From the NCBI GenBank assembly GCA_040402595.1, contig JBBAMI010000001.1:109629-173628 (forward strand): a DNA stretch of 64,000 nt. Direction: 5' to 3'. Shown one piece after another: positions 40,931 through 50,657 of this stretch (within the stretch, counting starts at the first letter, position 1; every line of letters starts with the position of its first letter). The translations under genes and the position numbers were made by a program. The notes below the pieces were generated by a model. That model was not told where the DNA came from and searched no databases. It saw only the letters and a program-made list of their open reading frames with translations. This DNA is from Aquiluna sp. GTDB taxonomy: Bacteria; Actinomycetota; Actinomycetes; Actinomycetales; Microbacteriaceae.

Positions 40931-43456
40931 TTGGCGCTTCCACGCGTATATGACATAGCCAAAGAGCTTGGTATTGACACCAAGGTGGCGCTGGCCAAGC
41001 TCGAGGAGCTTGGGGAGTACGTAAAGGGTGGCTCTTCCACGATCGCCCCGCCAGTGGCTGCAAAACTTCGTGCTGCTTTCCCTAACGCTGAGAAGCCTGC
41101 TCCCAAGAAAGCTCCTGCCAAGGCCAAGGCCAAAGCAGCGGAAGAGGCACCGAAAGAAGCCGTGGTTGTCGAGGAGCCAAAGAAACCCGAACCAAAGATT
41201 GAAAAACCCGCGCCTGCACCGCTAACTGGAATTCCAAGACCTGGCAACAACCCATTCTCATCGAATCAGGGAATGGGAATCCCAAGACCAATGGCCAGAC
41301 CTGGCAACAACCCATTCTCATCGAATCAGGGAATGTCGCGTCCACGTCCAGCTGGTCAAAGACCAGATCGCGCTGGTGGTAGACCAACCACTGGTGCACC
41401 AAGAGGACCAAGACCACCGCAGCGAACTGGCGGAGGAGCACCGGGAGGATTTACTCCAGGTGGCAAGCCAGGAGCATTCCCGTCACGTCCAGGACCTGGT
41501 GGCAGAGGCGGAAGAGGCGCAGGCACTGCCGGTGCGTTTGGTCGCGGCGGTTCTAAAAACAAATCTAGAAAGTCAAAGCGCGAAAAGCGAGAAGAGTTTG
41601 AACTAAGAGAGGCACCATCGCTAGGTGGTGCAATTGTTCCACGCGGTGATGGCAACACTGTTATACGTCTGCGTCGCGGAGCATCAATTCAAGATTTTGC
41701 CGACAAGATTGGCGCAAACTCCGGTCAGCTGATTACCGTTTTGTTCCACTTAGGTCAGATGGCAACTGCCACCGCGTCACTTGATGAGGACACCTTCCAA
41801 ATATTGGGTGTGGAGCTTGGTTACAAAATTGAGATTGTTTCTCCTGAGGATGAAGAGCGTGAGCTCTTCGAGGGCTTTGGTCTAAACATCTCGACGGAGA
41901 TTGATGACGAGGATGAAGAATCTCTAAAGCCAAGGCCACCAGTAGTCACAGTCATGGGTCACGTAGATCACGGAAAGACCAAGCTGCTCGACTCAATCAG
42001 AAATTCAAATGTGGTGGCTGGTGAGGCCGGGGGAATCACCCAGCACATTGGTGCCTACCAGGTGCACGCTATGCACGAGGGTGTAGACAGAGCAATCACA
42101 TTTATCGATACCCCAGGTCACGAAGCCTTTACCGCCATGCGTGCTCGTGGAACCCAGGTGACAGACATTGCCATTTTGGTAGTTGCTGCTGACGATGGTG
42201 TTATGCCTCAGACCATTGAGGCCCTAAATCACGCTCAGGCAGCTCAAGTTCCGATTGTGGTTGCTGTCAACAAGGTCGACAAAGAAGGCGCGAACCCTGC
42301 CAAGATTCGTCAGCAGCTAACTGAGTTTGGACTCGTTGCTGAGGAATACGGCGGCGATGTCATGTTCGTGGATGTCTCTGCACTCAAGGGTGTAGGGCTC
42401 GACAAACTGCTCGACGCTGTTCTGCTAACCGCCGACGCAGCTCTTGATCTCAGGGCAAACCCTGACAAGGCAGCACGCGGTGTTGCCATTGAAGCCAACC
42501 TTGATAAGGGTCGCGGAGCGGTTGCCACGGTTTTGATTCAAAGCGGAACCCTGAGAGTTGGGGATGCGATTGTTGCCGGAGCATCACACGGTCGCGTTAG
42601 GGCAATGTTTGATGAAAACGGGGGAGCGGTAGCTGAGGCTGGTCCATCAAGACCGGTTCAGGTGCTGGGTCTGCAATCTGTGCCACGTGCTGGTGACAAG
42701 TTTGTTGTTGCCGAGGACGAGCGCCAGGCAAGGCAGATTGCCGAGAAGCGAGAGGCAGCAGACAGAAATGCTCTGCTTGCGAGAACCCGTAAGAAGATGT
42801 CTCTGGAGGACTTCACCAAGGCGCTGGAAGAAGGCAAGGTCGAGTCTCTCAACCTGATTATTAAGGGTGACGTTTCCGGTGCTGTCGAAGCTCTTGAAGA
42901 TGCACTGCTCAAGATCAACATCGACGATTCTGTTCAGCTGCGCATTATCCACCGCGGTGTTGGTGCGATTACAGAGTCAGATGTCAACCTGGCAACTGTC
43001 GATGCTGCTGTCATCATCGGCTTCAACGTTCGACCAGATAACAAGGCCAGAGAACGTGCTGATCGTGAAGGCGTTGACATTCGCTACTACAGCGTTATCT
43101 ATAACGCTCTCGAGGACATCGAGAAATCCCTCAAGGGAATGCTCAAGCCAGAGTTCGAAGAGAAGCAGATGGGTACGGCCGAAATCCGTGAGGTCTTCAA
43201 GTCAAGCAAGTTTGGAACCATCGCCGGTTCTTACGTTCGCGGCGGTGTCATCAAGCGAAACGCCTTGGCGAGAGTCATTCGCGATGGAGCAGTCGTTAAA
43301 GAAGGCCTCAAGGTCGAATCTCTCAGAAGGTTCAAGGACGACGTCAGCGAAGTCAAGACAGACTACGAGTGCGGTATTGGCCTTGGAGAATTTGGTGATC
43401 TGCAGGTAGGCGATGAAATTGAAACCTATGAAATGGTAGAGAAGCCGAGAGACTAG
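40931..43456 (+). CDS. infB: Translation initiation factor IF-2
   Basis: TTG 40931 has an AGGAGA Shine-Dalgarno 8 nt upstream ([15 protein letters not shown]...). The frame is open from 40901. G-domain motifs [13 protein letters not shown] and NKVD. The linker is P/G/R-rich. Confidence 0.95.
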   Translation: MALPRVYDIAKELGIDTKVALAKLEELGEYVKGGSSTIAPPVAAKLRAAFPNAEKPAPKKAPAKAKAKAAEEAPKEAVVVEEPKKPEPKIEKPAPAPLTGIPRPGNNPFSSNQGMGIPRPMARPGNNPFSSNQGMSRPRPAGQRPDRAGGRPTTGAPRGPRPPQRTGGGAPGGFTPGGKPGAFPSRPGPGGRGGRGAGTAGAFGRGGSKNKSRKSKREKREEFELREAPSLGGAIVPRGDGNTVIRLRRGASIQDFADKIGANSGQLITVLFHLGQMATATASLDEDTFQILGVELGYKIEIVSPEDEERELFEGFGLNISTEIDDEDEESLKPRPPVVTVMGHVDHGKTKLLDSIRNSNVVAGEAGGITQHIGAYQVHAMHEGVDRAITFIDTPGHEAFTAMRARGTQVTDIAILVVAADDGVMPQTIEALNHAQAAQVPIVVAVNKVDKEGANPAKIRQQLTEFGLVAEEYGGDVMFVDVSALKGVGLDKLLDAVLLTADAALDLRANPDKAARGVAIEANLDKGRGAVATVLIQSGTLRVGDAIVAGASHGRVRAMFDENGGAVAEAGPSRPVQVLGLQSVPRAGDKFVVAEDERQARQIAEKREAADRNALLARTRKKMSLEDFTKALEEGKVESLNLIIKGDVSGAVEALEDALLKINIDDSVQLRIIHRGVGAITESDVNLATVDAAVIIGFNVRPDNKARERADREGVDIRYYSVIYNALEDIEKSLKGMLKPEFEEKQMGTAEIREVFKSSKFGTIAGSYVRGGVIKRNALARVIRDGAVVKEGLKVESLRRFKDDVSEVKTDYECGIGLGEFGDLQVGDEIETYEMVEKPRD
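41237..41335 (+). repeat. Perfect 39-bp direct repeat with 60-bp period inside the infB linker
   Basis: AGACCTGGCAACAACCCATTCTCATCGAATCAGGGAATG occurs at 41237-41275 and again at 41297-41335. It is in frame and encodes [13 protein letters not shown] twice. Confidence 0.9.
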
Positions 43457-43887
43457 TGGTCGATCACGCAAGGGCCAGAAGATTAGCTGAGCGGATCAAG
43501 GTATTGGCCGCTGAGGCGCTTGAGCGCGGAGTGAAAGATCCCGACATTGGGTTTGTAACTTTCACCGACGTTCGTGTGACTCCGGATCTATCGCACGCCA
43601 AGATCTACTTCACCGTCTATGGCTCTGATGAAGAGCAGCAGAAGTCAATTGATGCTCTCGAACGAAATCGGGGAAGACTGCGCGGGGAGATTGGCCATCG
43701 TCTGGGAATCAGAATCACCCCAACCATTGAGCTCATCAGAGATGAAATCCCAGCGACAGCGGGAGCGTTGGCCGAACTATTGGCCGAGGCCAAGCGCCGA
43801 GACGCTGAGGTGGAGGAACTTAAGAAACAGGCCAAGCCTGCCGGGGATGCAGACCCATACCTCAAGCCAAAGTCTCAGGACAGCTAA
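43456..43887 (+). CDS. rbfA: Ribosome-binding factor A
   Basis: 143 aa. Motif FVTFTDVRVTPDLSHAKIYF. TAGTG overlap with infB. Confidence 0.9.
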   Translation: MVDHARARRLAERIKVLAAEALERGVKDPDIGFVTFTDVRVTPDLSHAKIYFTVYGSDEEQQKSIDALERNRGRLRGEIGHRLGIRITPTIELIRDEIPATAGALAELLAEAKRRDAEVEELKKQAKPAGDADPYLKPKSQDS

Positions 43888-44754
43888 TTGCCTGGCGGCA
43901 TTCTGCTGATTGATAAGCCCAAGGGCGTTACTTCTCACGATGTGGTTGCGATGGTGAGAAGGCAGCTGGGAACAAAGAAGGTTGGCCATGCCGGCACACT
44001 TGACCCCTTAGCAACGGGGCTGATGGTGGTTGGAATTGATTCGGGAACAAAACTGCTCAGCCACCTATTTGGTATGGATAAGCATTACCGTGCAACCATT
44101 CGGCTTGGCCAGTCAACTGCCACCGACGATGCTGAGGGCGATGTTTTATCGCAGGCTGATGCCAGCAAAATCACAAAAGAGCAGATACAAATCGAGCTGG
44201 AAAAGCTCACCGGTGAGATTGATCAGGTGCCATCGTCAGTTAGTGCGATCAAAGTTGAGGGCAGAAGAGCGTATGACATTGTTCGCTCTGGGGAGAGTGT
44301 AGAACTTACTGCCAGGCGGGTGAGGATATATCGATTTCAGTTAGTTTCAGAAATCACCCATGTTGAAAAGTTTTTGGAGTTTGATGTCCTGGTTGATTGC
44401 AGCTCTGGCACTTACATCAGAGCACTAGCCAGAGACATGGGTTCCTCGCTTGGGGTCGGTGGCCATATTCGAGAGCTTCGACGAACCATGGTCGGCGAGT
44501 TTAGAATCGACGATGCTACGAGCCCCGAACAGCTTCGAAAACCTATGACACTTCTGGAAGTTGCGACCATGCTTTTTCCTGTTGTGGAGCTAAGCGACAC
44601 TCAGGCTCAGGACATAATTCACGGCAAAAGAATTCAGCTTGAAGAAACCACGCCCCTCGCAGCTAGTTACAGAGGATCGCTTCTAGCAATTCTTGAACCA
44701 ATTGCTAAATCATTTAGATCAGTAACCGTCTTTCCGGAGTCGTTCAATGGTTGA
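43888..44754 (+). CDS. truB: tRNA pseudouridine(55) synthase
   Basis: 288 aa. Motifs ILLIDKPKGVTSHD and GHAGTLDPLATG. Confidence 0.92.
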   Translation: MPGGILLIDKPKGVTSHDVVAMVRRQLGTKKVGHAGTLDPLATGLMVVGIDSGTKLLSHLFGMDKHYRATIRLGQSTATDDAEGDVLSQADASKITKEQIQIELEKLTGEIDQVPSSVSAIKVEGRRAYDIVRSGESVELTARRVRIYRFQLVSEITHVEKFLEFDVLVDCSSGTYIRALARDMGSSLGVGGHIRELRRTMVGEFRIDDATSPEQLRKPMTLLEVATMLFPVVELSDTQAQDIIHGKRIQLEETTPLAASYRGSLLAILEPIAKSFRSVTVFPESFNG

Positions 44755-45121
44755 GTGGCTGTTTCAATTTTTACTTTGGCTCTCGCTCGGTATTGGAGCT
44801 GTCCTGGTGGTGCTCGGTCTGATCGGACTCAAACCCTCCGGTTATCTGATTCTTTCGCTGGCCTTGGTGGAGGTATCCCTCCTTGTCCAGCTGGCAGTTT
44901 CGGTCGGCATGGTCTTGGCAGGTTCCCAAGCTGTAGTTAGCACGTTTGAATACTTCGGCTATCTGCTTGTGGCACTCCTTATTCCAGTGGCCGGAGGGAT
45001 CTGGGCCCTTGCCGAAAGGACCCGCTGGTCCACTGTGATTATGGGGGCTGCGGCTCTGACGATTTCGGTCATGCTGGTGAGGATGTGGCAGATCTGGTCG
45101 GGCAATTATCCGGGTATGTAG
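44747..45121 (+). CDS. Small integral membrane protein (4 TM helices), function unknown
   Basis: 124 aa, strongly hydrophobic. 8-nt overlap with truB. Confidence 0.5.
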   Translation: MVEWLFQFLLWLSLGIGAVLVVLGLIGLKPSGYLILSLALVEVSLLVQLAVSVGMVLAGSQAVVSTFEYFGYLLVALLIPVAGGIWALAERTRWSTVIMGAAALTISVMLVRMWQIWSGNYPGM

Positions 45122-45138
45122 GCAACAGTTAACCTTGC

Positions 45139-45171
45139 GTTCACCTTACAAATAGCTCACCTTCACCTTCT
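45139..45171 (+). promoter_or_regulatory. PHO-box-like direct repeats upstream of pstC
   Basis: GTTCACCTTAC AAATAGCTCAC CTTCACCTTCT forms three 11-nt units. The TTCACC cores are exactly 22 nt apart and lie 20-50 nt upstream of the pstC start. Confidence 0.4.
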
Positions 45172-45189
45172 CTGGCCAGCATTGCGCTC

Positions 45190-46161
45190 ATGAGTATGGC
45201 CCCTGCGAAACGCAAGCTCCTATCTAAGCCCTCCAGGGTCGAAGACAAGATTTTCTTTGCCGTTGCCAAGGCGGCTGGTTATTCATCCTTTGTAATCATC
45301 GGAATGATTCTTGTCTTCTTGTCGATTCGAGCGTGGCCAGCCTTTGAGTCGCAGGGAGTTCTAGATTTCACCTTCGGCACATTTTGGGACAATTCTCTTT
45401 CCCCTCCAATTTTTCACATAGGCCCCATGGTCTGGGGCTCTCTGCTCATTGCGACTCTTGCCGTGACGATTGCGGTTCCAATGGCAATTTCCATTGCCTA
45501 CTTCATTGAGTTCCTCGCTCCAAAATTTATTGCCAAAATAGCTACCATCATCGTGGACCTGTTGGCGGCGATCCCCTCTGTGGTAATTGGTCTGTGGGGT
45601 TTGGGTATTTTTTCACCTGTTGGCGCAGGTTGGGCCCAAATGCTCAATGAGTCCCTCTCGGGGGCGCTTCCTTTCCTATCAAACAGCGCCGGCACGTTCC
45701 TCAGGTCTCCATTTATTGCAGGCGTTGTGTTAGCCGTCATGATTGTCCCGCTCATTTCCTCAGTTACCCGTGAGATGTTTTCTCAAATTGATGGCGAACT
45801 CATCAAAGGTGCCTTGGCTTTGGGCGCAACCCGCGAATCAGTTTTGAGACGAGTGATTCTTCCAACATCAGCCGGCGGAATTCTTGGTGGAGTTTTGCTG
45901 GCTCTAGGAAGAGCAATGGGCGAGACGGTAGCAATCTTCTTCGTTCTCAATCTGACTTATGACAGGTTTAATTTCTTCAATATTCTTGAGCCCGTAGGTG
46001 GGAACATCGCTTCGCTGATTCTGGCTAAGTTTGGCGAAGCTGCTCCAATCGAAGTTGAGGCCCTCATGGCTGCTGGTGTGGTTCTTTTCATCATCACCCT
46101 AATCATCAACGCGCTTGCTTCATACATAGTTCAAAAGGCGCAGCCTTGGAGGAAGGACTAA
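45190..46161 (+). CDS. pstC: Phosphate ABC transporter permease PstC
   Basis: 323 aa, polytopic, with an EAA-type loop (KGALALGATRESVLRRVILPTSAGGI). Confidence 0.9.
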   Translation: MSMAPAKRKLLSKPSRVEDKIFFAVAKAAGYSSFVIIGMILVFLSIRAWPAFESQGVLDFTFGTFWDNSLSPPIFHIGPMVWGSLLIATLAVTIAVPMAISIAYFIEFLAPKFIAKIATIIVDLLAAIPSVVIGLWGLGIFSPVGAGWAQMLNESLSGALPFLSNSAGTFLRSPFIAGVVLAVMIVPLISSVTREMFSQIDGELIKGALALGATRESVLRRVILPTSAGGILGGVLLALGRAMGETVAIFFVLNLTYDRFNFFNILEPVGGNIASLILAKFGEAAPIEVEALMAAGVVLFIITLIINALASYIVQKAQPWRKD

Positions 46162-47234
46162 TGTCAAATGCGACTTTTGTAGCTCGACCCAAGCGAGCCG
46201 AGCCATGGACCCGCCTTGGATCTAAAGTTCGCCTGGCATCGCTGCTAACGATTCTTGTCCCAGCCTCAATCTTTGCTTTGTTCCTGTTCCTAACAGGCAC
46301 CGATTTCATGGCGGGACTGGTTACGGTTTTCCTGCCGCTGCAACTTTTGTTTGGTGCTTGGGCGGGCTTCTATGCCTTTGGCAAAAGAGGGATTCTCGAC
46401 GGCCTCTTACTTGTGATCACCTTCTTCCTAGCCTTTTTTGTTTTGGTCATGCTCGCTTCCGTCCTATGGTCTGTAATCGAAGCTGGATTCCGGGCAATGA
46501 GTCCGCACTTCATTTATCAAAACAACGTCTACGTTTCGGGCAAAACGGGTCTTGAAATTGGTGGTGCTGGCCACGCCATAGTCGGAACTTCAATCGTTGT
46601 GGGCATAACGGCGTTAGTGACTGTGCCACTGGGAGTTGCAACTGCCGTCTACTTAACCGAAACTCGAGATTTTGGTCGAGGAACTGTTCGAACCCTTCTT
46701 CAGGCAATGTCCGCCATTCCATCAGTGGTAGCGGGGTTGTTTATTTATTCATTGCTGATCATTTCAGGTTGGAGTGGATACTCGGGACTAATGGGAGCCC
46801 TAGCCCTGATTCCACTCATGCTTCCCACGGTTTCGCGAGTGGCAGAAGAGTCGCTTAGAAATGTTTCTAGAGATTTGCGAAACGGTGCCCTAGCACTTGG
46901 CGCACCTTCCTACCGAGCTTTCCTCATGGTGACTTTGCCGGCAGCCAAGTCTGGTCTTGTTACCGCCATCCTGCTTGGAATAGCGCGCGTCATTGGCGAA
47001 ACGGCTCCCTTGCTGCTCACCATGGCTCTGGCCAACGGAACCAACGCCAATCCGCTGGAGGGTGGCATGACCACGCTTCCCAGCTATATCTTCAGCTTCA
47101 TCGCCCTGGGCGATCCGTCTTCAATAGCCAGGGCGTGGGGAGCTGCTTTGGTGCTATTGATTTTTGTCGGAATTTTGTTTGCGGCAGCACGCGTCGCTAG
47201 TGCTCCGAAAAAGGCAAAGAAAAGGAGTGCCTAG
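46161..47234 (+). CDS. pstA: Phosphate ABC transporter permease PstA
   Basis: I prefer ATG 46161 (TAATG overlap with pstC, GGAGGAAGGA Shine-Dalgarno) over the ORF-track TTG 46146. EAA loop [26 protein letters not shown]. Confidence 0.9.
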   Translation: MSNATFVARPKRAEPWTRLGSKVRLASLLTILVPASIFALFLFLTGTDFMAGLVTVFLPLQLLFGAWAGFYAFGKRGILDGLLLVITFFLAFFVLVMLASVLWSVIEAGFRAMSPHFIYQNNVYVSGKTGLEIGGAGHAIVGTSIVVGITALVTVPLGVATAVYLTETRDFGRGTVRTLLQAMSAIPSVVAGLFIYSLLIISGWSGYSGLMGALALIPLMLPTVSRVAEESLRNVSRDLRNGALALGAPSYRAFLMVTLPAAKSGLVTAILLGIARVIGETAPLLLTMALANGTNANPLEGGMTTLPSYIFSFIALGDPSSIARAWGAALVLLIFVGILFAAARVASAPKKAKKRSA

Positions 47235-47236
47235 GT

Positions 47237-48010
47237 ATGTCTAATTACCATCTAGAAACCAAAGACATAAATGTTTGGTTTGGGGAAAGGCATGTTCTGA
47301 AGGACGTCAACCTTCAGTTCCCTAACAACAAGGTGACTGCGTTGATCGGACCTTCCGGCTGCGGTAAGTCAACTTTCATCCGCACCCTCAATCGCATGCA
47401 CGAGCTTATTCCTAGTGCAGGACTGGCGGGAGAGGTGCTGCTCGATGGAAAAGACATTTATGGGGAAGCAGTTGACCCTGTGGATGTGAGAATTCGAGTC
47501 GGCATGGTTTTTCAAAAACCTAACCCTTTCCCAACCATGTCGATTAGAGACAACGTTATGTCGGGAATTAAGCTTTCTGGCATTTCACGTTCGGATACCG
47601 CAGACCTAGTTGAAGTCTCTCTGAAGCGTGCCGCAATGTGGAACGAGGTCAAGGATCGACTCTCCGATCCTGCAGTTTCGCTTTCCGGAGGTCAGCAGCA
47701 GCGTCTTTGCATTGCTCGAAGTCTGGCCATGAACCCCGATGTCCTTCTCATGGATGAGCCTTGCTCTGCGCTGGACCCGGGATCGACTAGGCGCATTGAG
47801 GAGACTATCCTCGAGCTCAAAGAGAACGTCACAATCGTCATAGTGACTCACAACATGCAGCAGGCGCAGAGAATCTCCGATCAAACGGCCTTTTTCCTAG
47901 CTGAAGATAACACCCCTGGCTATGTTGTCGAATTTGGTGAAACCCAGCAAATCTTCTACGGGCCGATTGACCCCAGAACCAATGAATATGTCAACGGGCG
48001 CTTCGGTTAG
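47237..48010 (+). CDS. pstB: Phosphate ABC transporter ATPase PstB
   Basis: 257 aa. Motifs [22 protein letters not shown] and [11 protein letters not shown]. Confidence 0.95.
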   Translation: MSNYHLETKDINVWFGERHVLKDVNLQFPNNKVTALIGPSGCGKSTFIRTLNRMHELIPSAGLAGEVLLDGKDIYGEAVDPVDVRIRVGMVFQKPNPFPTMSIRDNVMSGIKLSGISRSDTADLVEVSLKRAAMWNEVKDRLSDPAVSLSGGQQQRLCIARSLAMNPDVLLMDEPCSALDPGSTRRIEETILELKENVTIVIVTHNMQQAQRISDQTAFFLAEDNTPGYVVEFGETQQIFYGPIDPRTNEYVNGRFG

Positions 48011-48019
48011 AAACCAACT

Positions 48020-48052
48020 GTTCACCTTTCGTTTGCAGTTCAGTGGCCTGTT
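48020..48052 (+). promoter_or_regulatory. Weaker PHO-box-like element upstream of pstS
   Basis: GTTCACCTTTC GTTTGCAGTTC AGTGGCCTGTT. The same GTTCACC core occurs as upstream of pstC, and an inverted CTTCACC lies at 48060-48066. Confidence 0.3.
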
Positions 48053-48104
48053 GTTTCTTCGGTGAAGTGAAAATACGAGAGCATTCCGAAAACAAGGAGA
48101 ACTA

Positions 48105-49121
48105 ATGCGAAACAAGCTAATTGGAGTTTTGGCTTCTGCCACTCTAATAACCACAGCCTTTGCCGGCCCAGCCCAGGCTCAGGAGCAAATCACAGCTGGA
48201 GGTGCTTCTTACACCAATGCCTTGCAGCAGGTTTGCACCCAGGCTTACACCACTCACAAGGTCACATATGCCTCGGTTGGTTCGGGCACTGGCAAGAGAA
48301 ACTTCCGCGGAGGAACCTATGACTTTGGCGGTTCTGACTCCCTTTATGGACCAACCGAAACTAAGCCAACCAACTTTGTTTACGTCCCGCTGCTGGGTGG
48401 TCCGGTAACCGTTGCTTTCAACCTTCCTGGCGTCACGCGCTTGAACCTCACGCCAAAAATGGTGGGAGACATTTACCTGGGCAACATCACGAAGTGGAAT
48501 GATCCAGCAATCGTCAAGATCAACAGAACGGCAAAGCTCCCTGATCTAGTCATCACACCGGTTTACCGCTCGGATGGCTCAGGTACTTCCTACAACTTCA
48601 CCAACTGGTTGGCTCAGAAGTACAAGGCCCCATTCAAGGCAACCGATGCTTTCCAAACCACTGCGGGTGCTGGAGCACTAGTCAAGGGTGCGGTTGCATC
48701 CCCTCAGAACTCCGGTGTTGCCACCTCAATCAAGGCAACACTCGGTGCCATGGGTTACATCGACATTGCGGACGCTGACAAGGCAGGTTTGAACTACGCC
48801 CACCTTCAGAACGCCTCCGGTCAATTCATCAAGGCCACCATTCCAGCTTCAAAGCTTTTCCTAGAGGAGCAGCTTCTCAAGGCAAACGGCGAGGTTGTGT
48901 TTGACTACAACATGAAGGTGCGAGGCGCGTATGACCTCAGCCTGGTGAGCTACGGGCTGGCCCCAACAAAGAACGGAACTTCTAAGGCAGCAGCCATAGC
49001 TGACTACCTCAGCTTCTTTGTCAACACTTGCTCTCCGCAGAACGCCGCAGCTCAGGGCTACGTTGCCCTCAGTGGAACGCTGCTCCGCAAGGCAAACGAA
49101 GCCATCAAGAAGATCAAGTAG
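48105..49121 (+). CDS. pstS: Phosphate-binding protein PstS (secreted, signal peptidase I type)
   Basis: 338 aa with a signal peptide ending AQA. Phosphate-ligand motifs GSGTG, GGSD and RSDGSGTSYNFTNW. Confidence 0.9.
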   Translation: MRNKLIGVLASATLITTAFAGPAQAQEQITAGGASYTNALQQVCTQAYTTHKVTYASVGSGTGKRNFRGGTYDFGGSDSLYGPTETKPTNFVYVPLLGGPVTVAFNLPGVTRLNLTPKMVGDIYLGNITKWNDPAIVKINRTAKLPDLVITPVYRSDGSGTSYNFTNWLAQKYKAPFKATDAFQTTAGAGALVKGAVASPQNSGVATSIKATLGAMGYIDIADADKAGLNYAHLQNASGQFIKATIPASKLFLEEQLLKANGEVVFDYNMKVRGAYDLSLVSYGLAPTKNGTSKAAAIADYLSFFVNTCSPQNAAAQGYVALSGTLLRKANEAIKKIK

Positions 49122-49141
49122 TAGTAGGGTAAAAATGAATT

Positions 49142-49171
49142 AGCCGGGGCACCAAGGTGCCCCGGCTATTT
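49142..49171 (+). terminator. Probable intrinsic terminator/attenuator after pstS
   Basis: 10-bp stem AGCCGGGGCA / TGCCCCGGCT with a 6-nt loop, followed by ATTT. It lies 20 nt after the pstS stop. Confidence 0.55.
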
Positions 49172-49189
49172 CGATGGAGAGGACTAAAA

Positions 49190-50263
49190 ATGAAGCGCAG
49201 AATATTGCTAAGTTCGGCCCTAGGCCTTTCCATCACAGCATTGCTAACCGCCTGCAACCCTCCCATGCCGGACTCGCTAAAAGTTGAGTTAGCCGAGCGA
49301 ACTGTCCAGTGTGGGGAGAGCTTTGTAGACACAAAGGTTCTTCCTGAGTTTGTTGACATAACCGATTTCTGGAATAGCTCAATGGATGTCGCCTGCGCTG
49401 GATCTATGGGTCTAACGATATTGGACGGATATCCCGGCGGTGCGGGTCTGGTTATCTCCGAGGAGGAAGTCAAAGGTTGCACACCCTACGCCACTGTGCC
49501 TCTGGCAGTAGATGCGGCTGTCTTTTCCTTCATGTTTACTGATGTTTACGAAATCAATCTTTCGCCAGAGCTAATAGTCTCGATTTTTCGACAAGAGGTT
49601 ACAGACTGGGCCGATGAAAGAATCACGGCCCTGAATCCTGATGCTTTTCTTCCAAGCTTGCCAATAAACATCATTCCCCAGGCTCCCCCTGGAGCTATTG
49701 CTGCGATGGAAATTTGGCTGAGTAGTGAAACTGGTGAGACTGTTGAGCTATCTGGTCTAATTCCCGCTGAGGGATCTGAGGTGGAAGCCCTGTATGAGCT
49801 GGTGGATGGAGATCTAAAGTTGACATCTTTCGGCTCCTTGCAGATTGCTGGAATGAACTACGCCAACATGTTGATCGACGAATCCGATCCAACTTCTATT
49901 GTCTTGCCCGATGTACTTACAATTCAGACTGGAATTGGGCAAACTATCGTCTCGGGGCAAGCACCAAACCTGACATTTGTCTACGATCCTTCAATTCCAG
50001 CGGAGCCACTGCCGGGTCAGTTTGAAGCGTTACGTCCCTGGGGTGCCCTGTTTCCAGTGAACCTAAGTCTCTGTGGAAAAGATGACATGCAAACTCGTTT
50101 TGCGGCCAGGTTCTTGCTCAGGCTTGATGCTCAGGGATCGATCTCGACTGGGGTATTCAGCCCGCTCAAGGAAAACGTTCGCATTGCCGCTATTGCGGTT
50201 GTTGATGATGGTCTACCCGAAGTTGAGATTCCAGCAGAGCTAGAACAGGAACTTCAGCAATAA
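49190..50263 (+). CDS. PstS-fold lipoprotein with diverged ligand motifs
   Basis: ATG 49190 with a GGAGAGGA Shine-Dalgarno. Lipoprotein signal MKRRILLSSALGLSITALLTAC. Collinear with the neighbouring PstS across VPL..(6)..F.F......LNL.P..IV.IF....T.W.D..I..LN, but GSGTG, GGSD and RSDGSGT are replaced. Confidence 0.6.
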   Translation: MKRRILLSSALGLSITALLTACNPPMPDSLKVELAERTVQCGESFVDTKVLPEFVDITDFWNSSMDVACAGSMGLTILDGYPGGAGLVISEEEVKGCTPYATVPLAVDAAVFSFMFTDVYEINLSPELIVSIFRQEVTDWADERITALNPDAFLPSLPINIIPQAPPGAIAAMEIWLSSETGETVELSGLIPAEGSEVEALYELVDGDLKLTSFGSLQIAGMNYANMLIDESDPTSIVLPDVLTIQTGIGQTIVSGQAPNLTFVYDPSIPAEPLPGQFEALRPWGALFPVNLSLCGKDDMQTRFAARFLLRLDAQGSISTGVFSPLKENVRIAAIAVVDDGLPEVEIPAELEQELQQ

Positions 50264-50279
50264 AGCTAAGCTTGCCCAA

Positions 50280-50657
50280 GTGGCACAACAACTTGGTGCA
50301 GGTCGACTTCTGATTGCTATCTACGGCATCTTTGCCATCTCAGCCTCTGCCCGAGCTAGCTATCAGCTACTTGTTGAATTTGAGCAAGCTCCGGTTGCCT
50401 ATTTACTCTCGTTATGCTCCGGCCTCGTTTACATATTGGCGACTGTGCTCATGGCAAGTAATCGTCTGCGCAAGTACGCAAAGATTGCAATCTGGTTTGA
50501 GCTAATTGGTGTCGTTTTCGTTGGTTTTCTAAGCTTGGCCGTGCCAGAGCTTTTTGCCCATCCTTCCGTTTGGTCGGGGTTTGGGATTGGCTATGGTTTT
50601 GTTCCACTGGCCCTGCCGGTGGTTGGTCTTTTGTGGCTGAGGAAAGCTAATGCTTGA
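50280..50657 (+). CDS. Small integral membrane protein (4 TM helices), function unknown
   Basis: 125 aa with a GTG start. 8-nt overlap with ribF. Confidence 0.5.
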   Translation: MAQQLGAGRLLIAIYGIFAISASARASYQLLVEFEQAPVAYLLSLCSGLVYILATVLMASNRLRKYAKIAIWFELIGVVFVGFLSLAVPELFAHPSVWSGFGIGYGFVPLALPVVGLLWLRKANA

